This document shows positions 19,281 to 29,275 of a stretch of DNA of 64,000 nucleotides, piece after piece. The DNA is taken from the NCBI GenBank assembly GCA_016839365.1, contig JAEOUH010000070.1:89527-153526 (forward strand), in the 5' to 3' direction. The first letter of the stretch is position 1. Every line of letters starts with the position of its first letter. The DNA comes from Candidatus Hermodarchaeota archaeon (GTDB taxonomy: Archaea; Asgardarchaeota; Hermodarchaeia; Hermodarchaeales; Hermodarchaeaceae). Made by a program: the position numbers and the translations under genes. The notes under the pieces are model-generated. The model searched no databases and was not told where the DNA came from. It saw nothing but the letters and a program-made list of their open reading frames with translations.

Positions 19281-19940
19281 TTACTTGCTCTCCCTGTATT
19301 TTCTCATTTCTTTCTCATTTGTAATAACACTTGTCAACAGAGTGTTTGAAATCTCAGACCAAGCCTTCTCCGTTTCAGACCGATCCATCCCAAAGAGCTC
19401 GTAACCTTGCAATCCATCCTGTAATGCAATTAAACCGAGAGCTAAATTGTGGGTGTTGACATCGCGCCGAATGATTCCTTTTTCTTTTTGGTCTTCAAAA
19501 AAAGTTGTCAAGTACTTGAGGGCATCATCATACATTCTTTGAAGGGAATTAGCTAGTTTAGGTTTCCGTGACGCTTCGGAGACAATTTCAAACATGAGAC
19601 TAGGCGGCCAGCTAGGCTCAGAGAAAAACAATGGTGTACTCCAGAGCTTATCGTAGAAGCTGTTCGAGGAAATGTCCAATAGATTCCCCGATTCTAAGAG
19701 TTCAGCAAGTGGTTCTTCTTCGATCTTTTCGAAGGGAATTTGGACCACAGCTTCAAATAGGTCTTCTTTGCTCTTGAAATATTGATACAAGGTGCCCTTA
19801 CTCACCCCGACTTCTTTGGCGATGTCGGTCATCTTCGCCCGGTGGTAGCCCTTCTTGGCAAAGACCGTAATCGCCGCTTCAATGATCCGTTTCTTGGCAC
19901 GGATTTTATAATCTTGGAGCACGCGTGGCATCATTTTCAC
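19281..19940 (-). CDS. TetR/AcrR family transcription regulator
   Basis: IIEAAITVFAKKGY...DIAKEVGVSKGTLYQYFKSKEDLF. Confidence 0.95.
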   Translation of the reverse strand: MKMMPRVLQDYKIRAKKRIIEAAITVFAKKGYHRAKMTDIAKEVGVSKGTLYQYFKSKEDLFEAVVQIPFEKIEEEPLAELLESGNLLDISSNSFYDKLWSTPLFFSEPSWPPSLMFEIVSEASRKPKLANSLQRMYDDALKYLTTFFEDQKEKGIIRRDVNTHNLALGLIALQDGLQGYELFGMDRSETEKAWSEISNTLLTSVITNEKEMRKYRESK

Positions 19941-19983
19941 CGTATGGCTCTCTTAAAATATACTTCTCGTATAAAAAGGTAAC

Positions 19984-20017
19984 TGACCAGTCAGTCAATA
20001 AAATGACCAATAGGTAT
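19984..20017. promoter_or_regulatory. putative tandem TetR operator in a divergent promoter
   Basis: Imperfect palindrome TGACCAGTCAGTCA (19984-19997) and related TGACCAATAGGTAT (20004-20017), between tetR and the divergent methyltransferase gene. Confidence 0.6.
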
Positions 20018-20059
20018 AAAGAGGAATGGATCTCCCTGAACTATTCAAGGTTAGAAACA

Positions 20060-20671
20060 ATGAACGGTCATCTGCTCTTCCTTGTCTTCTTTTTGGTTAT
20101 CTTCATCGTTGGTATGATTGTTCGTGGGTACTATGGCCGTCAATCTCCGGATCGGGAAAAACCTTTACGTGATCGTTTGAGAGCGGCTGTTGAACATGAA
20201 GGTCAACTCAGCTTTGCTATACTGATGCTGCAAGCTGTGTTCATGATTGCGGCAGTCGTTCTCTACATCTTTTTCACACCACAATTTTCATGGTTGAGCC
20301 TTCCGTTTCCTGAATGGCTTCGATGGATTGGCGTAATCTTAGGGCTTTTTTCCCTGCCTTTCTTATGGTGGGTTCAATCGACGCTAGGGCGGTCCTTTTC
20401 TCCTTCGTCAACCATTCAGGAAGGCCATTTACTGGTAACCGACGGTCCCTATCGGCGTGTCCGACATCCTGGGTACTTAGGTCAGCTCCTTTTCTATCTT
20501 GGTACACCGCTCTTGCTTGGTTCTTGGTGGGCGTTCTTCTTAGGGATCTTAATGGCCATTGTATTCGTGTATCGAACTGCAAAGGAAGACCAAGCACTGC
20601 AAACTGAACTCAGAGATTACAAAGCCTATACTGAGCAGGTAAGGACCCGGTTAGTTCCGGGTATCCGGTAG
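20060..20671 (+). CDS. isoprenylcysteine carboxyl methyltransferase family membrane protein
   Basis: LVTDGPYRRVRHPGYLG and EDQAL...Y..Y...RLVPGI; start moved to ATG 20060. Confidence 0.9.
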   Translation: MNGHLLFLVFFLVIFIVGMIVRGYYGRQSPDREKPLRDRLRAAVEHEGQLSFAILMLQAVFMIAAVVLYIFFTPQFSWLSLPFPEWLRWIGVILGLFSLPFLWWVQSTLGRSFSPSSTIQEGHLLVTDGPYRRVRHPGYLGQLLFYLGTPLLLGSWWAFFLGILMAIVFVYRTAKEDQALQTELRDYKAYTEQVRTRLVPGIR

Positions 20672-20676
20672 CCTGA

Positions 20677-22320
20677 TTAGGATGCGAGCTTTTGATCGAA
20701 TACTTTTCTCAGGAAAGTAATAGGTAGATTGCCATTGTGGGTGATGGTGTCATGAAAGAATTTGTCTGTATACGAGTCACCCATTTTTTGCCTGATTTCA
20801 TCACGGAGCTGGAGAATCAGATGCTTCCCTAATAGATAGGACAAAGGGTAACCAGCTGAGAGAGTATACCAGTTTACTTCCGCAATGGCTCCTTCCTTTG
20901 TCATACCAGTTTCCTTTACGAGCATATCCACAGCTTCATCTAAACCCATTTCGCCGCGAGCCAGCTTAATGTCTACAATAATTCTGACTGCCCGCCAAAT
21001 TACTCCAGTGAGCATGACCATTTTGGACTCAAGGCTGGTCACAAACCCTTTCTCCATCATCATTTGTTCACAGTAGTGCGCCCATCCTTCTACTGTTTCA
21101 GTTCCTAGTTGAGCTGCCATCAAACCAATGAGAGGAACAAGGGATCCTCTATTCGAAGCGGAAAGTTGTAAAAAGTGCCCAGGGTATCCTTCATGGACAG
21201 CGACGTTCCGGGTGTTTGGGTTATTCAGTTGCTTCCCAAGGTTTGTAATATCCTTAGGTCGAGTAACAACATATACTCCGATTTTCTTATCATCAAACCG
21301 AGAGGGAGGCATCAAGGCTGCGAATGGAATTAAAGGCGCCATGAAGGGGGGCGTCTCCTGAACGTAGAGCACATCTTCTTCATAGATAGTAGCCAATTCA
21401 TGGGCAAGAATGAATTTTTTTGCCTCTTGCACAGCAGTTCGCGTCGCGGCTAAAACATCTTCGAAGGTATCTGGGACATCTTTCTCAATAGTAGCCATAA
21501 TCTCTTCTACACTTTTATTCTCATCAATTTGAGCAGCTGTTTTTCGCCTTTCATCTTTAAGGTCTTTGAGAGCTTCGATACCATATTGTAGAATCTCATC
21601 TGTGGTCAAACCAAGTCCACGATATTGAATTAAACGGTCAAACTTTTCTCTGCCCATCGCCCATTCTTCTGTAGTGTTCGATAGTAGCTGATTAAGCCAG
21701 ACCATATGTTCTTTTAGTGGTTCGTCTAATGTGATCACAGTTTCTTCCAAACTTGCCTGAAGTTCATCAGAAATTTGCCCTTTTCCAAGGATCGTGATGA
21801 ACTGAAAGAGGCCTGGAATCCCTTGGGCGGATTCTATGGCGATTTCTGTCCAGAGCTTAACGGGTTTGGAGTTCGCAAAACGTGTATGAAATTCCTTCAG
21901 GAAGCGTGGAATTTCCTTCATACGTGAAATAACTGCCTTCATCCTTTCCTCAAGAGGGGCATAATCTCTGGAAATCAAAAGAAACAAAGCCATTCCAATA
22001 AGATCAAAGGCATCAGGATTCAACGTGTTTACTTCAAGTTCGTGGAGATTGAATTTCCAAATATCCAAAGTCCTCTCAAGGATTTGCCAATCAATCTTGT
22101 TTGCATCATTAAGTGTTTCAAAATCGACGATGCTCTTCATTCGCTTGACAGCTTCTTCAAGCAGCTTCTCAATTTCGAGATCTCGGCTCAGATCCCCTTT
22201 TGATAGGAGATGATCATAGGGATCATGCAGCCCCAACATGCTTGCTACCTCTGGTAGCAAATCGTAAAATCGTTCAAACATTTCATCTTTCAGTGCCTCA
22301 AAATCAGCATCAGAACTCAT
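20677..22320 (-). CDS. DUF885 family protein (metallopeptidase-like)
   Basis: HEGYPGHFLQ, EGWAHYCE and YPLSYLLGK motifs. Confidence 0.9.
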   Translation of the reverse strand: MSSDADFEALKDEMFERFYDLLPEVASMLGLHDPYDHLLSKGDLSRDLEIEKLLEEAVKRMKSIVDFETLNDANKIDWQILERTLDIWKFNLHELEVNTLNPDAFDLIGMALFLLISRDYAPLEERMKAVISRMKEIPRFLKEFHTRFANSKPVKLWTEIAIESAQGIPGLFQFITILGKGQISDELQASLEETVITLDEPLKEHMVWLNQLLSNTTEEWAMGREKFDRLIQYRGLGLTTDEILQYGIEALKDLKDERRKTAAQIDENKSVEEIMATIEKDVPDTFEDVLAATRTAVQEAKKFILAHELATIYEEDVLYVQETPPFMAPLIPFAALMPPSRFDDKKIGVYVVTRPKDITNLGKQLNNPNTRNVAVHEGYPGHFLQLSASNRGSLVPLIGLMAAQLGTETVEGWAHYCEQMMMEKGFVTSLESKMVMLTGVIWRAVRIIVDIKLARGEMGLDEAVDMLVKETGMTKEGAIAEVNWYTLSAGYPLSYLLGKHLILQLRDEIRQKMGDSYTDKFFHDTITHNGNLPITFLRKVFDQKLAS

Positions 22321-22470
22321 TATACCTGCACCTTTTAGAAAACTTCAAAACAAAACTTGCCTAAATTCTTTTACACACCAGCAAATCTTGCTCAGTTTTT
22401 TTTCATTTTGAATCATTTTATGAGGAGGCAATCACAGAAAAAACAGCGATTTTGTATTCAGGCACAAAAT

Positions 22471-23196
22471 TTAGGGGTTGTGTTTCACTTCGCGGGCGAT
22501 TCGGAGCTCACGCACAAACCGGTAAATTTCACCAGTTTTCATCCGATATATTATGACATAGAATATGCCGAAAAAGATTATGATGAAGATTGGAGCCCAA
22601 ATACCCGCGGGATTCAACAACCATGTAGTGAGGAGTAGGCTGATGAGGATGCCAAAGACCCAAATGATGGGAAAACCAAAGACCCATTTGCGGCGACTTG
22701 GGGTCGTGCGTAGGTAACTGGTGTATTCGATTTTCAATCCCAGTTCTCCCGGTGAATATCGGTACATTCCATCGAATTTGACTCGAGCCATGACTCCACC
22801 CAGGTAGCGACCCATAGGGTATGCACCATAAGCAATACAAATACAGATCAGAATGAGGCTGATGTTCAAGATGATTTGGACAAAAAGTGGAGGTAAAATG
22901 ATGAATAACGCAAGTGTTGATTCCAGAAAAAGCAGGACCCAGATATAGCCGAGGAAAGACAATAGAAAAACCATAAAGTAAACGACCACTCCTTTTCCGA
23001 CGCTTATTACAATGTCTTGTTTGAATAGGCGGTTTCGAATCGCAGTCGCTTTCTCAACGACTTCATCGTCAACCACAGCCGAGTCCATTCGTTTGATTTT
23101 CCCTACGATGCGCCAGAAGGCTTTTCGTACCTGTGTTGTGTCACCTTCTTGGTCGAGTTGTTGTTCGATTTGCTGAAGTTCTGTTATGATTGTCAT
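22471..23196 (-). CDS. hypothetical membrane protein
   Basis: Long ORF with about four TM segments, co-oriented with its neighbours. Confidence 0.7.
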   Translation of the reverse strand: MTIITELQQIEQQLDQEGDTTQVRKAFWRIVGKIKRMDSAVVDDEVVEKATAIRNRLFKQDIVISVGKGVVVYFMVFLLSFLGYIWVLLFLESTLALFIILPPLFVQIILNISLILICICIAYGAYPMGRYLGGVMARVKFDGMYRYSPGELGLKIEYTSYLRTTPSRRKWVFGFPIIWVFGILISLLLTTWLLNPAGIWAPIFIIIFFGIFYVIIYRMKTGEIYRFVRELRIAREVKHNP

Positions 23197-23216
23197 CTTC
23201 GTGGCTTCCTGCTTGT

Positions 23217-24569
23217 TTAGACGCTAAAAGACTGCTCAGCCTCATTTGGCAGCTGCTCTACCTCTAGATTTTCAGTTACCTTTTCTTTTGCAATTGAAAG
23301 TCTATCAGAGTCTTTACGGATGCGATAGGTGACATAAATGATTGGGAGGACTACAAACACGATTAGCGCCAGGAATGCTGATAGCGCAGAACCAATCATG
23401 CCAAAGTATTCAACGCCGAACCCAATTGCATAGTCCGGTATGATTACCCAGAAGAGGACAAATACCACAGTTCCAACCATTATGGCGAATAATCCAAAGG
23501 GATTAGGTGATACGTTTCGCTGAATCTTTGCTGCCCCCAATAACACCAAAACAAAGGTTAGAATCAACAAAAGGATTTGAAAAATGCCATCATTTGGGAG
23601 GGGTGAGATGAACCCGGTTTCAGGGAGGAACGACCAGTTGATGAAATATTGGATGACTCTAAACCGATAATAGTACACCAAGGCTGGATAGAGCAGCCCA
23701 AAACTGGCCACCGCAATACTTACACTGGGGAATCGCCGCCATAACACAATGGTAGCAACGATTATCACTACCGGGGATATCAGAAGCAAGTAAACAAGGA
23801 ATTCTCCAGGGGCAAAGCTAAGGAGCCAAAGAACGAAGTCGGGGAGGGGTATGCTTGGTGGATTATCACCCGGTCGAAAGCCATTCACCATGAATGTAAA
23901 TATCAACGGAAACCAGACGAAAATGAGGATTGGGATAAGAATGAGAAGTGGTAACAGAGTAAGTCCATATTTCCATTTAGGTGGGTGATTTGCGGGAATC
24001 CCTGTATATTCAGCAAGCCATTTTGTGCTCTTGACAAGGGTATAGCCTAGTAGAATGACCTGAAGAAAGATGATGATTATCCACGACCATGTGAAGATGG
24101 TGAAAAAGAGTCCATTAGGGCCAAACATGATATTCATGGCATTCGGAAAGCGAATGAGTAAAGGTGGGAGAAGAAGGATGAAGAATAAGGCACTACTCAC
24201 AATCACTAGTGGAGAAATAGCGTGTCGGAATCGGGATTGGAATAGCAGTTGTTGGCCTTTCCCAAAGACTGCTAGAAAACCTAAAAGGAGAAATCCGATG
24301 AATGCTCCACAGCCAGCGAACACCATAACCCTCACAGAATTCACTACCCCTGGATGTACTCCAGTTATGGGATCCCACAGGATGAACCGCAGAGGTCGTT
24401 GTACTAACGCAAGGATGAGGAACAAACTCAAAGTGATGATGAAAGTAATGCTATGACTCCAATTTTCTCGATTGAAGAACAGCCGTAATCCAGCAAAGTA
24501 GTCTTTTATTGCTTGCCAAGCCGCTGAGGGTAACTGTCGAAGACTATCAACTATACCCATCCAAATCAC
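23217..24569 (-). CDS. hypothetical polytopic membrane protein
   Basis: 450 aa with ten or more hydrophobic segments. Confidence 0.75.
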   Translation of the reverse strand: MIWMGIVDSLRQLPSAAWQAIKDYFAGLRLFFNRENWSHSITFIITLSLFLILALVQRPLRFILWDPITGVHPGVVNSVRVMVFAGCGAFIGFLLLGFLAVFGKGQQLLFQSRFRHAISPLVIVSSALFFILLLPPLLIRFPNAMNIMFGPNGLFFTIFTWSWIIIIFLQVILLGYTLVKSTKWLAEYTGIPANHPPKWKYGLTLLPLLILIPILIFVWFPLIFTFMVNGFRPGDNPPSIPLPDFVLWLLSFAPGEFLVYLLLISPVVIIVATIVLWRRFPSVSIAVASFGLLYPALVYYYRFRVIQYFINWSFLPETGFISPLPNDGIFQILLLILTFVLVLLGAAKIQRNVSPNPFGLFAIMVGTVVFVLFWVIIPDYAIGFGVEYFGMIGSALSAFLALIVFVVLPIIYVTYRIRKDSDRLSIAKEKVTENLEVEQLPNEAEQSFSV

Positions 24570-24712
24570 CCATATCAGATTTAGTGGAGATTCAACAGGA
24601 ATCCATCAGATGATGATAATGGTAAATATTAACTCAGGAATAGTCGTGTCATGAAATATAAAGGGTTTAAGTCACAATTAAGAAATATCTGAACATCCTA
24701 TGAGAACATGAA

Positions 24713-25396
24713 ATGAGTAATGCTTTCTTCTTCTTTTTGTCAATGGGATTATATAACACGACATTTTGGGTAATAATCATTCTAACGACTATTCTTGGTA
24801 TTATCGCGGTTCTCTTCGCTCTAAAGAAGTCTTCTTATTCAGATCAACTCATTTCAGGCATTCTTGCATGTCTCTGGCTTTGGGTCGGGATTGTGTATGG
24901 TTTTCTTTGGTGCGGATTCTGGATCCTGATAACCTTTATGCCCACGGCTGGTTCCATTCCGGGATTTGGTTATTTCTACGGGGTGATCTTCACTCTCCAA
25001 GGCGTCTTGTTCTTGTATTATGGTGTGTATCATAAATCCCTGCATTTTAAGTTCGAACCAAACCTCTTAGGCATTACTGGATTACTTCTCATCATATTCG
25101 CAATCGGCTTTTATTGGTATGTAGGTTTTGTAACTGGTTACCCCTTTCCATTATATCCTGTCTTTGGAACTGCACCCGCTCCAGTTGTTATCTTCACAGT
25201 AGGTCTCTTTCTATGGGCTGATAGACGAATCCTACCTATTTTGCTTCTCATACCAACAATACAGGGATTTTTTGGCTTCATGCCGTCTCTTGGATTTGGC
25301 ATCTATGCTGATATTGTGATGTTCCTCTCAGCGTTCATTTGCATATATTTGATTCATAAACACTGGATACCACTGAATGAAATAATGCAGCCGTGA
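24713..25396 (+). CDS. DUF6064-like membrane protein
   Basis: YN..FW, LWLWVGIVY and PVFG.AP.P.VIFT.G.L pattern. Confidence 0.7.
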   Translation: MSNAFFFFLSMGLYNTTFWVIIILTTILGIIAVLFALKKSSYSDQLISGILACLWLWVGIVYGFLWCGFWILITFMPTAGSIPGFGYFYGVIFTLQGVLFLYYGVYHKSLHFKFEPNLLGITGLLLIIFAIGFYWYVGFVTGYPFPLYPVFGTAPAPVVIFTVGLFLWADRRILPILLLIPTIQGFFGFMPSLGFGIYADIVMFLSAFICIYLIHKHWIPLNEIMQP

Positions 25397-25447
25397 AAAG
25401 AAAAAGAGGGAGACAATTGTCCAATATGCTCTTCAGACAATTGTCCA
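25397..25447 (-). terminator. hairpin made of two palindromic GACAATTGTC copies plus U-tract
   Basis: AGACAATTGTCCA at 25411-25423 and 25435-25447 between convergent genes; adjacent A-rich run gives a U-tract on the minus strand. Confidence 0.55.
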
Positions 25448-25465
25448 GAGTCGATATCCGTCTTC

Positions 25466-26698
25466 TTATTCTTCTTTGGGTTTCTTGATGAGGTACCAGC
25501 TAGCGATTAGCGCTAAGATGAAGAAGAGGATAGTGATTTGCAGACCGAGAATGTAGTTTCCGCCAAAGACGTAGATGGCCATGAAGGCGATGATGATCGC
25601 GCCAATTCCGAGTTGCCCGATGTTGGATAGGCTGTTGTACAGATTCATCATTGTACCGCCGAGGATGCTGGGAGAATTGTCCATGCCAATTCGCATGTAT
25701 GTCGCTTCATATCCTCCATTGGCGAGTCCGACCAGGAAGAAGAAGCCTGCTGCGATAGTCATAGTGAATAAGTAAGGGGCAAGGATAAGTGCTGAGATGA
25801 CTGAGATAATGTACAGGGCTGTTGCAACTGGTAGCATGGTTCGAAGTGAAACTGTGTCGCCTAATACTCCGATGATGATGGCTCCGAGGAACCAGCCAAT
25901 GGCGAAGATCATGAATATGATTCCGACAGTGATGAGATCGAAGCCTAAGCCTTGTTCAAGAAGGGTTTGAAGAATTGGGACAATCGCGATTGCAATGCCG
26001 GCCAAAACTTGGAAGAGGAGACATATTTGGACATTTCGAGTTGAGAAGACTTCTTTGTAGGTTGAAAAGGGCACTGCAGAGAAGTCTGGGGGAAGCGGAT
26101 TTTCCTTGATGATGAGTGTCAGGAACGTGAAGAGTGCGAGGAGTACCCCCGGTATCAGAAAAACCCAAGCCCATAGATCGGCAAATGATAGTAATCCCAT
26201 ACCAACCGCAGCAAGTCCAAGTCCCAGACCTCGAAAGCCCCAGGATACACCTTGTATACTACCGCGTTTGCGTGGGGGCGTGACATCAACGGCCATGGCA
26301 TCGATGACAGCATCACTCATAGCTGCGCCGGTTGAAGCTAAAAGGCCTACGATAACGAGAAGTATTCCGAATCCAAAGGTTGCACCAATGAAGGGAATGC
26401 TTAGCCACCCGATTAGTCCAAAGGCGGCGGCGATGAAGATGTAGGGTTTGCGGCGCCCCCAGCTCTTTAAGGGTAAATTGTCTGATAGGATACCGAAGAT
26501 GATTTTTAGATACCATGGGAGTAATATGATGGATTGCCAAAGGATACTATCGAAGTCACTGAGTCCAAGATACCGTAAGTACGCTGGGAGAAAGACCAGT
26601 GCGCCAAAGGCGATTCCTTGGGCGAGGTAGAAAAGTCCGACCCACCCGAGGTTACTGTTTCGCCATACAGCTTCATAATCTGGTTCTTTGAGGGACAT
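25466..26698 (-). CDS. MFS transporter (AmpG/BT1-like)
   Basis: LFYLAQGI, PWYLK..FG.LSD...GRRKPY and DAVIDAMAVD motifs. Confidence 0.88.
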   Translation of the reverse strand: MSLKEPDYEAVWRNSNLGWVGLFYLAQGIAFGALVFLPAYLRYLGLSDFDSILWQSIILLPWYLKIIFGILSDNLPLKSWGRRKPYIFIAAAFGLIGWLSIPFIGATFGFGILLVIVGLLASTGAAMSDAVIDAMAVDVTPPRKRGSIQGVSWGFRGLGLGLAAVGMGLLSFADLWAWVFLIPGVLLALFTFLTLIIKENPLPPDFSAVPFSTYKEVFSTRNVQICLLFQVLAGIAIAIVPILQTLLEQGLGFDLITVGIIFMIFAIGWFLGAIIIGVLGDTVSLRTMLPVATALYIISVISALILAPYLFTMTIAAGFFFLVGLANGGYEATYMRIGMDNSPSILGGTMMNLYNSLSNIGQLGIGAIIIAFMAIYVFGGNYILGLQITILFFILALIASWYLIKKPKEE

Positions 26699-26772
26699 AG
26701 CCTACCCATCTGCTAGTAGGATGCTTAAATAATTTCAATTCGATAAAATCCATTGATTAAAAGAAAGCGGAG

Positions 26773-26802
26773 TGGGGGTGAAATCCATTGTATTCACCCC
26801 CA
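26773..26802 (-). terminator. 10-bp stem hairpin terminator
   Basis: TGGGGGTGAA/TTCACCCCCA just downstream of the surface protein gene. Confidence 0.65.
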
Positions 26803-26816
26803 AGTTGGGATAGTAC

Positions 26817-29066
26817 TTATCCTGTGCGGTTGAAAACTCGTCGTTTCCAGATGAGGTAGCCAACCAGGGTCCCGACTATGAGCATGATGACAGCAACGCC
26901 GATAAAGGCCCCGATCATCAAGGGAGACAATGGTGCTTCTGCTACACCAATGATGACATTGACGGTGCCCTCACCAACAAGGGCAAAGCTGACACGGCCT
27001 GTATATCGGGCTGTGAAGGTATCCTGGTAGATCATGCTGAACGGAAGTGAGGTGCTAACTCCGATGATGCTACTGAAGAGATGACCGATGATAAACGGAT
27101 TGTCTCCGGTGGTGGTCATGAAATAACCATACACCGTGTTGCCACCAGGAATCAGTTCCATAGTAAGCACATAGGTGTTACCTGCAACGACATTGAAGGA
27201 GTACGTAGCAAACTCTTCAAGTTCCAGGGCTGCTGTAGTTACTGTGCCAAGGGCATAAGGCGTGACCGGTGTTATGGTGAGACTGACATTTGCACTTGTC
27301 ATATCCCCACCAACCATTCCAGGCCCTAAAACCCACATGTAATTGATGCTATCACGGACGGCAACATAAGTCAAGCTGGCGGTATCATTGGTATTTAATG
27401 AGTATCCCGAGCCTGATGGTGGATCGGCAAAGCCGAGTGGTAATCCGATTATGCTGAAGTATTGCCAGTCACGGTATGACTCAGACTGTAGATAATCTTC
27501 GATACCAATATTGCCACTTGTAGTGTATTCATCTGGAGTGGCACTAACCGAGTAGATGGCTCCACTGGCTTGTGGTAGAGTGAAGCAATGATAGAAGGGT
27601 CCAACAGTGGTATTGAAGTCAACATTGAGTCCAAGACCAGTCAACTCTGGGAAGGGAGTTAAATCGAGATGCGCTACAATACTGAAAGTCTCGCTGTGTG
27701 GGTCACCAATTGAATTCGCTTGCACATGCATATAGAAGGTGTTAAATCGGCTGTAAATTCCTGGTCCAAGTGGAGGTATAGCCCCGGTAATTGATCCATT
27801 AGTATAGGAAGTATATGTGGCCGTACACACCCACATTTCCAGATACGAATTACCCATCACTGAAGGTGAGGGGAATCCCATCCCTTGAGCGGTAGCGTAT
27901 CCACGTTCAAGATTGTCCTGTAGGGTATAATTCGTACTAGGCTCTTCGTAGATTTCAAAGGAAGGTCCAGTATAACCACCCGACCATGCATCGAAGGTAT
28001 TTATGGTCCAATTGATACCCGAAGGATTACTAAAGTATGCGTTGAAATAATGCCCTTCAGGGATGGTCACTGCGACATAGGTATCAAGATCATTCGGGGT
28101 TGTATTGAAATTGAGTGGTAAGGGGGTTCCTGGAACGAGTGGTGTGGTGGGTATTGGAACTACATTCAAGGTGAAGGCTGTCATAGAGTCATTTAGGAAC
28201 TCAAAATTGTCACTTAGTGCGAGTAAATAATAAGTTCCACCAACTAGCACTTCATACTCGAGATCTGGTCCCCAGACTGTGTCATTTTCATCAGGTCCTG
28301 CTGGGACATTATAGATGGGATGCCAAGAGTTGTAGGGGTAGTATTCACCATAATTGAGGTCAATGAGTACTACTCCATCTAAGGGATAGAAGGTAGCATC
28401 ACCGCCCCATCCAGAGGTTGTACTCCAGTTGAGACTGCCATATGCTGTAAAGTTGTAGAAGTTGTTTCCTGGCAGGTTTAATCGGAATCCTTGCCAGGTG
28501 TGATCGGTTGTCCATTCAAGAGTAGTATTCTGACCCAACGGCATTGCATCAGGCAAAGCCCCGAAGCTAAGCAGCTGGTCCACGGTTAAATTTCCAGTGA
28601 CCCAATCACCAGTTGAAAATGATGTTAGCTCGTAGTAAATTAGAAGATAACCAGGACGAACACAGATAATGTCTGTGTCATAGTATCCCGTTTCATTTTC
28701 CAATCGATTATTCCAATCGACTGAGGTGATATGATCTAGAGAGCGAAAGTAGGTGCCAATTCCTGGCCAAAAAGTGTCCATCGTTTGATACCAGTCGGTA
28801 TCAATATCTACTCCTGGTGGAGTAGCATTATTCACGTAGTAGGTGAGGTTAAACCGGTAAACACCAGGATCTAAAATTTGCACCGTAAAACTGTCTGAAG
28901 GATCTGTATCATTGACTAAAATCGATGCCATACCATTAATCGGAACAGAAACGGCAGCCACTGTAGATGAGGGTGTTTCTTTGAAGCTCATAGGTTGGAG
29001 GATGCCAGACTGAAACAGAAGTAAACTGAGCACTAGAAGGCTTATTTTCCAAATATTTCGATTCAT
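26817..29066 (-). CDS. large cell-surface glycoprotein-like protein
   Basis: Signal peptide, Thr/Ser/Gly/Tyr-rich beta-type sequence, many N-x-S/T sequons, C-terminal TM plus WKRR. Confidence 0.75.
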   Translation of the reverse strand: MNRNIWKISLLVLSLLLFQSGILQPMSFKETPSSTVAAVSVPINGMASILVNDTDPSDSFTVQILDPGVYRFNLTYYVNNATPPGVDIDTDWYQTMDTFWPGIGTYFRSLDHITSVDWNNRLENETGYYDTDIICVRPGYLLIYYELTSFSTGDWVTGNLTVDQLLSFGALPDAMPLGQNTTLEWTTDHTWQGFRLNLPGNNFYNFTAYGSLNWSTTSGWGGDATFYPLDGVVLIDLNYGEYYPYNSWHPIYNVPAGPDENDTVWGPDLEYEVLVGGTYYLLALSDNFEFLNDSMTAFTLNVVPIPTTPLVPGTPLPLNFNTTPNDLDTYVAVTIPEGHYFNAYFSNPSGINWTINTFDAWSGGYTGPSFEIYEEPSTNYTLQDNLERGYATAQGMGFPSPSVMGNSYLEMWVCTATYTSYTNGSITGAIPPLGPGIYSRFNTFYMHVQANSIGDPHSETFSIVAHLDLTPFPELTGLGLNVDFNTTVGPFYHCFTLPQASGAIYSVSATPDEYTTSGNIGIEDYLQSESYRDWQYFSIIGLPLGFADPPSGSGYSLNTNDTASLTYVAVRDSINYMWVLGPGMVGGDMTSANVSLTITPVTPYALGTVTTAALELEEFATYSFNVVAGNTYVLTMELIPGGNTVYGYFMTTTGDNPFIIGHLFSSIIGVSTSLPFSMIYQDTFTARYTGRVSFALVGEGTVNVIIGVAEAPLSPLMIGAFIGVAVIMLIVGTLVGYLIWKRRVFNRTG

Positions 29067-29275
29067 TTTTTAAAATCTCACTACTGATTGATTTTACTGA
29101 AGCAATGGATCGTGCGATTCCCGCTGGAAGATTAGAATCGCCGACTGCTTATCGGTGATTAAAGAATCCACTATAAAAAATTGTATCGGAATGTTTATTC
29201 GAATTCAGTTTTTTTGCAGTATTCAAGAAAGCAGGTTATCTGCTAGTTTCAGATTTAGAGTCACTGTAATCTGTT

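Noticed and set aside
25411-25447. Repeated palindrome GACAATTGTC as operator or mini-CRISPR
   Set aside because: There are only two copies, located between convergent 3' ends, and a terminator hairpin explains them.
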